Positions 50,585-64,000 of a DNA stretch of 64,000 nucleotides are shown one piece after another (the first letter of the stretch is position 1; each line of letters begins with the position of its first letter). Origin of the DNA: Utricularia gibba (taxonomy: Eukaryota > Plantae > Magnoliophyta); contig NEEC01000017.1 in NCBI GenBank assembly GCA_002189035.1, positions 124,001 to 188,000 on the forward strand. The letters are read 5' to 3'. The notes below the pieces were generated by a model. The model was not told the origin of the DNA, did no database searches, and saw only the letters and a program-made list of their open reading frames with translations. The translations under genes and the position numbers were made by a program.

Positions 50585-51996
50585 TTAAACTCCGCAGGCA
50601 TAGGAGTAATGATTGGTGTTGGGATTTGCGGTAGATTTGGACACCCGGATCAGACGGCGGATCAATCTCTTCATGAGGGGACGTTGCCTCCGTGTCGAGA
50701 AAATCTCAGCCGCCTTCCCCTTGCTCTTGGTCCCGTTCACCACCAGGCCACGGAGCTCTGGTGGGCCGTAAGTGCGGATCAACGGCCACTTTATCCCTTG
50801 AAAAAAGGGGTGGCGCTTGATTTCCGTGGCGCCCTTGACGCACCCCAGCCGTTGCTGTGGGTCCCTTGATAACAACTTCTCGATGATGTTGTTGGCCACC
50901 GCCAGTTCAGGATCCGCCGCCGGGAACGTTATCCTGTTTGTGGAGGCTATGTTACGCAGCGTGGACTCTTTGGTCACTCCCTTAAACGGTGTCGTCCCGT
51001 AAAGAAGCTCGAAAATCAGAATACCGAAAGCCCACCAGTCTACTCCGTTGCCGTGGCCGTTCCCGCTGACGAGCTCCGGCGCAACGTATTCGTGGGTTCC
51101 TACGCATGATTTGGAAAACGCCGCCGTTGGCTCTGAGATGAATTCAGTCGACCGTTCTCCGTGACGCCTCTCACCTCCAGAGCAGCATGAGAGGAAGCTC
51201 ATCCTCGTAGATGGCTTTGCTATCTTGGTCTCGAACTCCAGCCTCGGACAAATCTCCTCCGTTTCATAACACAAATCGAAATCTGAAAGCATGATGTGTC
51301 CATCGTCGCGGACCAGTACGTTCTCTGGTTTAAGATCGCGGTACACGATCCCCCGCGAATGTAGATATTCAAGAGCTAGAAGAACCTCGGCGGCGAAGAA
51401 TCGTACGGCTTGAAGAGGGAAGCGGTTGCCAGGTTGCTTACGGAGCAAGGAATAGAGATCACCATTGGGACAGAAATCCATGAGAAGGCAAGTATAATGC
51501 GAAACCTCTAGGTGGGCGTAGAGAGTAGGAAGAAAGGGTGATCCAAAGAAGAAAGTATTTTGGCTTCTGTCTGAATCTGGGAAAGTTTCTTGCTACTCAA
51601 GTTATCGCGGTCGACTACCTTGAGGGCAAAGTCAGCGTGATCGTTGTCGCGGAGGCGACAGAGGAATACGCGTCCAATGTTCCCCGATCCGACGACGCGG
51701 ATTAGCTTCAGATGGCGAATTCGTATCTGGCCGTCCGAGGACAAGGTGGTGGCGGCGTTGATAGCCGCCCAGTTGGGGTTGTGGTGGCGTTGGTGTGGTC
51801 GGAGGAAGGCACTGGATACATTTGTAGACTCTGCGGCGGCCCCGGATAGAGGGGATTCATTGAAACTGAGGGTGTGGCTGGTGCGAGCGAGGCTGCTCCG
51901 GGCGGAGAGGCTCCTGTCTGTGGCGGCGGAGGTGAAGCTGTAGTCGACGTCGGAATCTGGGATGCTATTGCAGGAGAAAGAGTCTTGTTGCTCCAT
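50585..51996 (-). CDS. WAG: Intronless AGCVIII Ser/Thr kinase, WAG1/WAG2-like; apparent 1-bp deletion near 51530
   Basis: N-terminus MEQQDS..DSDVDYSFTS..TDR; LSSDGQIRIRHLKLIRVVGSGNIGRVFLC; YRDLKPEN; DFD motif; SKSCVGTHEYVAPE; GNGHGNGVDWW. The span is 1412 nt, one short of a codon multiple, with the break in DHPF(L)PTLY. Confidence 0.9.
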
Positions 51997-54101
51997 CTGG
52001 GTTTTGGTATGATATGGAAGCAGGAGTTGGTTCCATGTGTCGTCCATATTTATCCAAGGTATGGGTAGGTCTGGGGACAAGTCATTAATGCTGATAACGT
52101 GTTTGGTTTGGCTTGGCCGATGGATGACTCAACTGTCGGTGTCGTCGTCGTCGTCGTCTCCTGTTTGAGAAATCGAAATCATTCGCCGGACCCCTACAAT
52201 ACAAATGCAAATATCCATCCCATAATTAACAACTCTGTCGAGTCGACGGCACCTCCCTCATTTCGACGCCGCCCTTCCTCACCTTTCTGGTTGTGCTACG
52301 TAGGCTACGTAGAAAAAAGAAACACTGTCACCGTAATGTTGCCTCTTCTGCTGTTATACCGTGGCTCTCCGTGGGCCCACCTCAACCGTAATGTTGATTG
52401 TTGACTTCCCTCGGACACATGTGGCAGGGAGGGAGGGAGGGAGAGAGAGAGAGAGAGAGTCGACTTGCCTGCCACGTTACCAACACTGGGGGCCCCGTAC
52501 TCCTCTTCCGAGCTCGCCTACTCCACCCTTGACGTCAACTGCTGGTGCCCTGCAAGCCCGAGTTGGGTCGGATGCTGATCAAGTAAGTTTTCAGAGCAGA
52601 GCAACACCCATTCACACAAATCTAGTTACAATGAACATGTGCTCAGAATGAATGTCGTATTTCTGGGGTTCCATGTGTCCATCAATCATGCCATCCTTGC
52701 CCAATAATTCATTCAACGCAATAAATATTTTTAATTACCTGCATCCATCATAACGCACAACGTAACTAATCATTTCTGCGCCCCCAGGCATGTGCTCCTG
52801 CTCCTGCTCCTGCTCCGTTCGCCTTTCCTTCTTCAAAACTTCACCTCAGGGTCTTGAAATCAAGTGGTTGGAAGTTGGCGCATGTGCCCATTTACAAGTC
52901 CTTTTGATAAAACTCCGCATTTTCCATTTTCCTCATCATCATCAACAACAACAACCACTCCATTCCACTATTTCTAAGACACGCGAAAAGCAACAACAAA
53001 AATGGAGAATAGGTCAAAGGGTCACATACTAAGTGAAGTGCTATTGCACTAAAAAAAAAAAACATTTGTATGGAAAAGCAAGGTGATGTTATGTTGGTGA
53101 TCCGAGTTGCAATGATTAGTTAGTTGGATCCCGCCGAAAGAATAGAACAAAAGACAGGAACGCTGCGACAACGATGGTCGGGATTTAGACTTGTTTGGCA
53201 GGCCCCGCATCCACAAATCACTGCTTATTTCTACTGCACCCCTCTCCGTCTCCCTCCCACGGGGACAGCCAGCAGTACTCTAACCACTGCACTCGTAGAT
53301 GGGTAACTGAAACTCGATCCGGCCGACTAATTTCAGATGGAGATGAACTCACCGCAGTTTGTGTGGGACTGGGTGGTGAAGTTTGCCCCAGTCAAGGAGG
53401 TGAAAACCCTGCGACAAAGGCTTCCAATGATAGTCGCTTGGGGAGTCTCTCCCGCAGACAGTGACTAATCAATTCAAACTAACCCACGCTACAACAAAAC
53501 ACGTAATCACATCGGTGCTGAGGATAAGCTTCCAGGGCGGCCCCATCTCGAATCTCGCTGAAATCTTATTCTACAGAAGATGTTGTTCATTAGAGATGGA
53601 TGGGTTTGGTCAGCACGCAAGCGAGCAGTGTTACTGAAACAGGTGCAGGATATCCCTCACAGAAAAGTGTGACCTTTTTTTTTTTTTTTTACTGGCGCTG
53701 GGCTCAGCGACCCAATACTGCTAGTAGGTTTGAAAAGCCCCACTAACAACCACCACTGAAGCACTTCCACGCGAAAAGGCCCATCCAAAATTCCCGGATT
53801 TCCGCGTCCCCTCCAAGGACCCCTTTCTTTCCTCGCTTCCGGTTGTATGTTGTTGCCCCAGTCCCCAAGCTTTCGAATTTCCAGGTTGGTCCCTTTCATC
53901 TCTTGTCTTGGGATCTCAGCCTTTGGCACACTGCCCGGCAACGGGTGTCATCAGTAATTGGAAAGTTAGTGAAAAATTGAGTGTCTTGCGTGCCGCAATC
54001 CAGTTTTCAGATGTTAATTCAGCAGCCGCAGCCAAACACGTTATACTTATTGTTGCTCTGATCGTGTTATTGAATGGAATTTATGGGAACAGGACATCTC
54101 G

Positions 54102-57079
<2,978 letters not shown>

Positions 57080-57305
57080 CATTTGGAGTCCACCGTCGAA
57101 AAGAACTTCAAGTGCACTGCACTCAGGCAGCGCCCCTGGAGAGCACAGCGCTGCAGCTGCTGATTTTCCTTTACAATGATAATTAGGTGTCGTGTTCCGT
57201 TGTGTGAGTCAAGTAATGAAGAATGTGGTGTACCCGACCCTACCAAAGGGAGAATTTGCGCGTACGGCGGGAAAGAGAGACGGTATTGGAAAGCTGCCCC
57301 GCATT

Positions 57306-57355
57306 TGGGCTTGAGGCCCATTTCTGCAAGTCCAAGATTTCACATTTTCTGGGCC
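57306..57355. promoter_or_regulatory. Site II (TGGGCY/GGCCCA) motif cluster upstream of PDH E1-beta
   Basis: TGGGCT at 57306, GGCCCA at 57315 and TGGGCC at 57350, about 240-290 nt before the ATG. Confidence 0.5.
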
Positions 57356-57594
57356 AAATTTGCTCCTCATTCATCGTCTTTGAGCCTACTTCCAACACAT
57401 TGCGCGGCTTTCACCAGCGCAAGCTCTTTGGTATCATCGCCGCCCTTGGTTTCTCCGCTAAAGCTGAACGAAGGGCCAGAGTTGCGCCTAGTTCCTCATA
57501 CGTATACTTTTCATTCGTGAGTTTCTTGCTGTTCCAGCTCTCCTCTAGAGCAGACAGGAGTTTGATTTGATAAAGAGAGAAAGAGGAGCAACCC

Positions 57595-59395
57595 ATGGCA
57601 GCAATGACGCTATCATTTGGCTTGGCGAAATCTGCCATTGCCGTTCCTGATAGCACCTTCAAGTTCTCTACTGTCACTTCTCAATCAGTTGCAGGTTTGC
57701 TAGCGTCCCGTCTTTTTTTTAACAATTTGTTTACTTTCATTGATCACTCGTTTTGAAGGAGTAGTTTCTGATTGATATGACAACAAATTAGCATGAATTG
57801 TCAACTAATTTATTTGCTTTTAGATTTGCATTCTGATTCTTGTTTGTGGTTGATTAGCCATCAGATCTGAGTCAAAGGCGTTGTTTAACAATGGAACTCG
57901 AAGGGGAGCAAAGGTTGTTGCCAATGCAGTTACGGTGGGTTTAACATTGCATTCTCGTTTTGAAATTACCTTCCGTGTATTTTCCGTTTGCGCCTGCTGT
58001 CAAATTTTATATTAGTGTGGTTATTTTCTAGGCGCAAGCTGGGAGTACTGCCTCAACAGACAAGAAACCTGGGTAAGTTCAATTGTATGCAGATAATCTG
58101 TTGTATCCCGCAGAGATTTTCATAGTGCACGTCATTGTTGATTCCACGGTTTCTACCGCTTGCTTAGATTTGAAGAATCCTGTGGTGGTTTCTTTTTTGA
58201 ATATTTAACCGCATTTATGCTCTCATCCTGCAAGATACATGGTGTCATCATTGTTTTCTAGATTTATCAGATGTTGAAAGGTTAAAGTAATTAAACAGAA
58301 ATGGTTTCACATGGGAATAATGTTTCACTAAGTCATGGTTCCTTCTGTGCGTTTAAGAATCCATCGTAATTTGATAGCTTGTGAAGTCCTTTAGATTGAT
58401 GGATGATCATATGCTTTGTATAGGCATGAACTACTGCTGTTTGAAGCCCTGCGAGAAGGCCTTGAGGAAGAAATGGATAGAGATCCTCGGGTGTGCGTGA
58501 TGGGCGAGGATGTTGGCCACTACGGAGGTTCATACAAGGTCACCAAGGGACTTGCTAATAAGTATGGGGATCTCAGGGTGCTGGATACACCAATTGCTGA
58601 AAATTCTTTCACTGGAATGGCGATTGGAGCAGCAATGACAGGTTTAAGGCCTGTGGTTGAGGGCATGAACATGGGATTTCTTCTGTTGGCCTTCAACCAA
58701 ATATCTAACAACTGTGGCATGCTGCACTACACCTCAGGAGGGCAATTCAAAATCCCTACAGTTATACGGGGCCCGGGAGGAGTGGGGCGCCAACTTGGGG
58801 CGGAGCATTCACAGAGGCTTGAATCCTACTTTCAGTCAATTCCTGGAATACAGCTGGTTGCGTGCTCAACTCCCTACAATGCAAAGGGTCTGATGAAAGC
58901 CGCTATCCGCAGTGACAACCCGGTGGTTCTTTTCGAGCATGTGCTTTTATACAATCTGAAAGAAAGAATCCCAGATGAGGAATACGTTTTGTCACTTGAA
59001 GAAGCGGAGATGGTGAGACCGGGGCAGCATGTCACCATCTTGACATACTCTCGAATGAGGTACCATGTAATGCAAGCTGCAAAGACCCTAGTGAACAAGG
59101 GCTATGATCCCGAAGTAATCGACATTAGGTCCCTGAAACCCTTTGATCTCTACACCATTGGGAACTCCGTGAAGAAAACTCACCGTGTGCTCATTGTGGA
59201 GGAGTGCATGAGAACCGGGGTATCGGTGCCAGTCTCACTGCCTCCATCAATGAAAACTTTGCAGATTATTTGGATGCACCGATCGTGTGCCTGTCCTCGC
59301 AGGATGTGCCGACCCCTTATGCTGGGGGACTCGAGGAGTGGACCGTGGTTCAGCCTGCACAAATTGTGACTGCTGTTGAGCAGCTGTGCCAGTAG
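57595..59395 (+). CDS. PDH-E1 beta: Plastid pyruvate dehydrogenase E1 beta subunit, 4 exons; apparent 1-bp deletion at 59217-59220
   Basis: Transit-peptide exons 57595-57694, 57858-57934 and 58032-58072, then a large exon 58424-59395. [50 protein letters not shown]. The frame shifts in MRTG(G)IGASL and continues to [21 protein letters not shown]. Confidence 0.93.
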
Positions 59396-60245
59396 GTTCT
59401 CGCCCTCTCTCAAAATACTCGGCGTGTCTGAACTTGCCAATATGTTGGTGTTTGTTGCAATAATGCTTTGTCCTATTTTGGTTCTCCCCACCTCGGACCA
59501 CTGTTTTGCTGCCCAGGACCCTGTATCAATCAGGATTGGCTGGCTATTCATTATTTCGAATCCTTAGTTACTGTGCTCCATCCAAGGCTGTCAATGCCCG
59601 CCTTCCTGGAGTTTAAACAAGTTTCAGTTTTTCTGGTTTTGAAAGGTTCCACGTCGAGCCCCATTCTCCACCGTTCCATATGCTCGTAGAAATCGAGACA
59701 TGGAAACCAGATGGATGTTGTTGTTGGGCCCCGCCTCCATCTCTGGGGCTTCACACCGCAAGTCCCTTCTCTTTCCGTGTCTCGTACCTTATATTATCCT
59801 GGGACTCTCCTGCTGCGGCCATGCTGCTACGTGGCCTCCTGCGATTCCCATGATTGGAGATTTTACCATTTATGCACTTTCCACTTGCAAGTATTTTATT
59901 TGTTACATTGCTATCTTCACAGGAGAGGCAGGCAGCATAGGATGACTCAGGGGCCCCTCGGCACACACAGCGAGAGTATGCATGCAGCATTTTGTAGAGT
60001 TAGTTATATGCTATGCAACACACAAGTGGTCGTGGTGTCTACAGTACATTAACAGAACAGTATGGGGGTGCAGCTGAGCTCCTTGGAATGGCGCTTCGAG
60101 CTGCTTCCGGGGGCTGCTACAGTACAGTACAATACAATACGACACACACTACGAGGAGCGAACAAGCAGAGGAGTAGATAAACTCCGGGGGTGCATACAC
60201 CGCCACCCCTCTGGTAATTCTCTACGGTGAAAGCAAAGCAGGAAC

Positions 60246-61997
60246 TCACGCTTGGTTCTCCAAGTCTTGGGCACTCATGAATGTGCCGTGAAGACCGTAC
60301 GGGACCCTTGATGGAAGTTCGATCCTGGCCTCCAGTTGAAGAGTCATGGCGTTCACGATCTGGAGGTAAGATTTCCAGGACTCCTCGTTGTGGGTGAAGG
60401 CCAGAACATACCCATTATCCTCCCCTTCGGCGTTGGGGCTCCTGGGGAGAAACAGGGGCTCACCGCCGAAATTGTTGTCGCCGTAGATGAACTTCTTGAC
60501 CTCTCCGGTAAAGAGATCCACTTTGGCGAATCCCGAAACTCTGGGCCACGGCTCTGCAATGGCCAGATAGGCGAATTGCGTTTTTCTTCCCAGCTTGTTC
60601 CGGTTCACCATTCCTGCTTCCAAGTTCACTTGGTCGGCGTCGGCCATAATCGGACGGCGGGTGGACTTTCCGGTCTTCAAATTGAGTCGGATTTCGGACA
60701 AGACGCTCTTTAATCCCTCGTCGCATTCGTTGAAAATGGAATCAGCTGGAGTCATGCAAGAACCAATGACGACGATTTCGTCGGTCTCTGTTTCCTCCCA
60801 GGCGTTCCAGAGGTGGAAACAGAAGCAGTTTGGAACTTCTACCCATTTAATAGCGGAGGCGTGGTGCGCATACTTGTCGAGTACACCGAACCGTGAAACC
60901 TTGTCCTTGTCGTAGACCACCGGCGAACCGCCGCGCAACATTTCAGACATCTTGAACACCACCTGCTGATCAGGGATGATCACGAACTTGTCTGTTATCG
61001 CGAAATCGTGCATCATCGTGGGCTCCGCGAGTGGAATTTCCACGTCTTCGGACTTTCTCCCGTTTCTGGAGAATCTGAAATACTTCAAGTACGGTTTCTT
61101 GATGACGTCGTAGCTGAGCGCGAACATCTCGCCGGAAACTGGGTCGACCTTTGGATGGGCAATCATGGTGGAATCCAAGCGGCCGTCAAAATCGTATCTC
61201 CCCACGGTTTCAAGGTCGCCATTGGGCGTCACACGAACGTGATAAGGCAAATCATCTTCGGACATCGCTAGCAGACGCCGATTGAAGTAGACCAATCCGG
61301 CATTAGCAACACCCATTCCGTGGTCGGAATCGATGAGCTTAAAAAGCCCACGAGCATAAAAAAGCAGTAATCTGGCTATACCCGTGTGACCATGAAGCTC
61401 ACCGATGGCCTTGGGAAAAATGGGACGTCCTAGCGCCCGTTCTTGAACCAATCTCTGTGTCTCCGTGAACCTGCAGGCGTAGCTAGCCTCCCCATCGGCA
61501 AATTTCACTGCGTGGATCATGCCGTCGCCGTCAAAAAAATGATGCCCAGATTGCGGCTCGAAAAGCGGGTTCGCGCCGTTCCGCACATACACCCCGCAAA
61601 TTGATTCCGGTATCTTTCCGATCACGGGAAGAGAATGCTCCGCGGGATGCTCTGGCACAGGGGAGAAGTTCCCTGGTATCTGAAAAACTGGGTCAGCCGT
61701 CTTGGGCAGTGGGTGCTGGTGCTCGTGCAGCGTTAATGCTCTTTCCGCAGCATCCAGAGCCGCCGCGGCGACTTTCTGAATCAAATTCCATTTTGCAGGA
61801 GTATTAGCAATAGGATTTGCCCTGCTGCCAACAGCTGAAAGCTCAAGACATGAAGAAGAGTCGATTGTGGTAGAACTGTGATCCGCGGTGGTGAATGAGA
61901 GGGAGGAAGCCTGCGGGGTCTTCCGGCTAGAGATGGAAGAAGCCTGAATTCTGGGGGTAGTGCAGATATAAGCTTTGGAAATAGAAGAAACAGCCAT
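60246..61997 (-). CDS. NCED: 9-cis-epoxycarotenoid dioxygenase (NCED3-like), intronless, 583 aa
   Basis: Intact ORF with a Ser-rich transit peptide, [13 protein letters not shown] helix, [50 protein letters not shown] and [10 protein letters not shown]. Confidence 0.97.
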   Translation of the reverse strand: MAVSSISKAYICTTPRIQASSISSRKTPQASSLSFTTADHSSTTIDSSSCLELSAVGSRANPIANTPAKWNLIQKVAAAALDAAERALTLHEHQHPLPKTADPVFQIPGNFSPVPEHPAEHSLPVIGKIPESICGVYVRNGANPLFEPQSGHHFFDGDGMIHAVKFADGEASYACRFTETQRLVQERALGRPIFPKAIGELHGHTGIARLLLFYARGLFKLIDSDHGMGVANAGLVYFNRRLLAMSEDDLPYHVRVTPNGDLETVGRYDFDGRLDSTMIAHPKVDPVSGEMFALSYDVIKKPYLKYFRFSRNGRKSEDVEIPLAEPTMMHDFAITDKFVIIPDQQVVFKMSEMLRGGSPVVYDKDKVSRFGVLDKYAHHASAIKWVEVPNCFCFHLWNAWEETETDEIVVIGSCMTPADSIFNECDEGLKSVLSEIRLNLKTGKSTRRPIMADADQVNLEAGMVNRNKLGRKTQFAYLAIAEPWPRVSGFAKVDLFTGEVKKFIYGDNNFGGEPLFLPRSPNAEGEDNGYVLAFTHNEESWKSYLQIVNAMTLQLEARIELPSRVPYGLHGTFMSAQDLENQA

Positions 61998-62107
61998 TTG
62001 ACCCGAAGCACGGCTTCCGAGTGAATTATGGCGTCTGTCTGTCTGCGTTGCGAAGTGGCGAAGTATGTTGTGGTTGATGATGAGAAAAACGAAGAGGTGC
62101 CGGCGGA

Positions 62108-63056
62108 TTTTATAGGGATGCAGCGCATACTAAATCCACGTGTCAGAATCAACACAACTCTTTGGGATGACTGGTCAGTCAGTCAGTCAGTCAGTCGCCC
62201 TCTCTCTCTCTTACCTTACAAGGGAAAGCCGAATTATTACTGCAAGCTTTTCTATTCTAGACTTGTAGTGTAATGCAATCTAATCCCACCGGACGGACAC
62301 CAAGCCTAGCATTCCAAATTGGGTTAGGAGCAGCAAGGGGAATGAACGAATACTTGTCATCTCTGTGTTATTTCACCACCAACTGGAGGAGGAAAGAGTG
62401 TGTGGCCTCCTGGAAACACGTGGCACACCGGATGCCCGAGGCGCTGCGTCATCCGGTCGCCGGTCACCGGTCACCGGTCACCTCAGTAGATATTTTATTT
62501 TACTCCCACTTTCCCCCCTCTATAGAAAATGTATTTTTTGGGGTGTAATTATAACTGAAGCCCGGGCGCCGGAGCTGCGTCACGTGACCCAGATAAGGGA
62601 AGTGGCATATCCCATTCTCGTCCACCACCTCCATGTGACATCTTTAAAAGGAAGGTGTTGAATGTCGCTGATGCAGCAGAGCAGAGCACGGTATTTGTGC
62701 TTTCTGTGTTTTAGGATGTGGTAAGATTAGTGAGTGATATTTGGCGTAATTAGTAGTCGGCTATGGAAATGGTTATGGAAATCGTCATCTGTGGTTGCCC
62801 ATCCCAGGGAGGGAATTGGCGGGCCCCATCTCGAAGGAAACTGCACCGCCCACACTCCCACGTGCGCCGTACCGTGTCTTCTTTTTTTTGATGCCAAGTA
62901 AGCGGAGGCCCGCGAGTATTAAATACTGATTTACCCGGAGGCAGGACCTGCGGCTCGGCTCTCCCGCATAGCATAGCGTAGCATAGCAGCCTAGAGAGAG
63001 TCTAGACTGGGGGATTCACTGAAACCGTGAACGGCCACGTCGACTGGATGACGTGT
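62108..63056 (-). promoter_or_regulatory. NCED promoter: TATA box and G-box/ABRE cluster
   Basis: TATAAAA on the minus strand at 62108-62114; CACGTGGC at 62417-62424; CACGTG at 62581 and 62859; ACGTGGC on the minus strand at 63034-63040; GACGTGT at 63050-63056. Confidence 0.65.
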
Positions 63057-64000
63057 GCTGCGCGAAGCATCTATGACTCACTGCTCCTACTCGAGTGTGA
63101 AGTCAAGAAGGCAGGTTTAATGGTGATAACCCAACCCTGCCTCCCATTCCTGATGGTGATGATGATGATGATGATGCAGTAAAAAAAGTGCTGCGACTTG
63201 GTAGGAATCAGAAATCAACTCCGCTTCTTTTCTTTTCTTTTCTTTGTTTTTTTCTATTTCTGTTATATTAAGGGGCGTTGCCCAAGTGAGTGAAGTTGTG
63301 TAAGAGGGGCCATGGATGTGCTTTGGTGTCGTCAATTCTTACATCATCAGCAGGCAGCCAGTGTGTTTCCCCAGTCACCATCTATGGTGTTGTAGGGCTT
63401 GAATTCAAAGTTTGATATGGTGAAGCACACTTGGACGTCTAGCACATACCAGGGGCAATGGATTAATTACAGGTGGAAACCACGGACCAGAGCTTCTTAA
63501 GTTCTTGCAGGCTGGGAACTGTGCGGTACCACAACGACTACAGCCAGTAGCTGACGGACTCCAGGATGAATTCCCATTGGTTGCTTGACCAGACCTATTC
63601 CTCCCCTCAAAAAATCTTTTATGTAAGTCTTTGAATTAGAGCTCACCATGGGCATGGGGAGGAACTTTTTGCCCCCCGGGCTATGGTTTCATGGTTTAAA
63701 TGCCCTGGTCGTGGTCCGGTTGTTGTGGATGGATCAGATCCCTTGCTCCGCATTTTCTTACAGTCAAACAAACCAGTCATCCAATGCAGGTTTTGTCTGG
63801 TGGTTCGATCGCCTCGATGTCCCTTGTCCACTGTCCACCACCACCCCCCCCCCCCCCCCCTTAGAATTAGAGGGATGGATCATTCATTGAATGGCAGGAG
63901 GAGAGTACAAGCAGGAGCAGGAGATGGAGAAAGGTACAACTGGACCAGGAATATTTATTTTACTGAAATTAATGTCATATAAATTTCATCATCATGGCTA

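Noticed and set aside
52700-53700. Structured ncRNA (snRNA, 7SL or miRNA) between WAG and ALG1
   Set aside because: Only a 7-bp stem near 53367-53393 was seen. There is no convincing USE/TATA pair and no match to conserved plant miRNAs or snRNAs that I recall.
59700-60052. Short ORFs between PDH E1-beta and NCED
   Set aside because: They overlap in several frames in probable UTR/intergenic DNA and have no recognisable domain.
60336-61807. Plus-strand ORFs overlapping NCED (and similar antisense ORFs over WAG and PDH E1-beta)
   Set aside because: These are shadow ORFs expected from GC-rich coding sequence.

Overview
This is plant (angiosperm) nuclear DNA in two parts. From 1 to about 45.4 kb it is a nest of transposons: four Athila-like Ty3/gypsy LTR families, an Angela-like copia LTR, one full-length but decayed Ale-like copia element, two MULEs, a decayed hAT and a probable MITE. 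One intact gene, TTL1-like (25198-27882), lies inside this nest. From about 45.6 to 62 kb is a compact gene block: NADK3, an uncharacterised small membrane protein, BASS1, a WAG-type AGC kinase, ALG1/TURAN, plastid PDH E1-beta and an intronless NCED with a G-box/ABRE-rich upstream region. I found no CRISPR array, rRNA, tRNA or recognisable miRNA, and no convincing new biological system. The items most worth following up are: (i) a copia LTR plus a 4-nt PBS-like stub inserted with no target-site duplication and no loss of host sequence, (ii) a 6.6-kb MULE with a second gene that appears to join a 'gypsy-type transposase' (PF04195-like) region to a Ulp1-like protease, (iii) a three-level LTR nest that can be rebuilt from exact TSDs, and (iv) single-base deletions in homopolymers in three otherwise intact genes, probably assembly errors. 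Percent identities are by-eye counts. Family names and Arabidopsis comparisons are from memory, not database searches.
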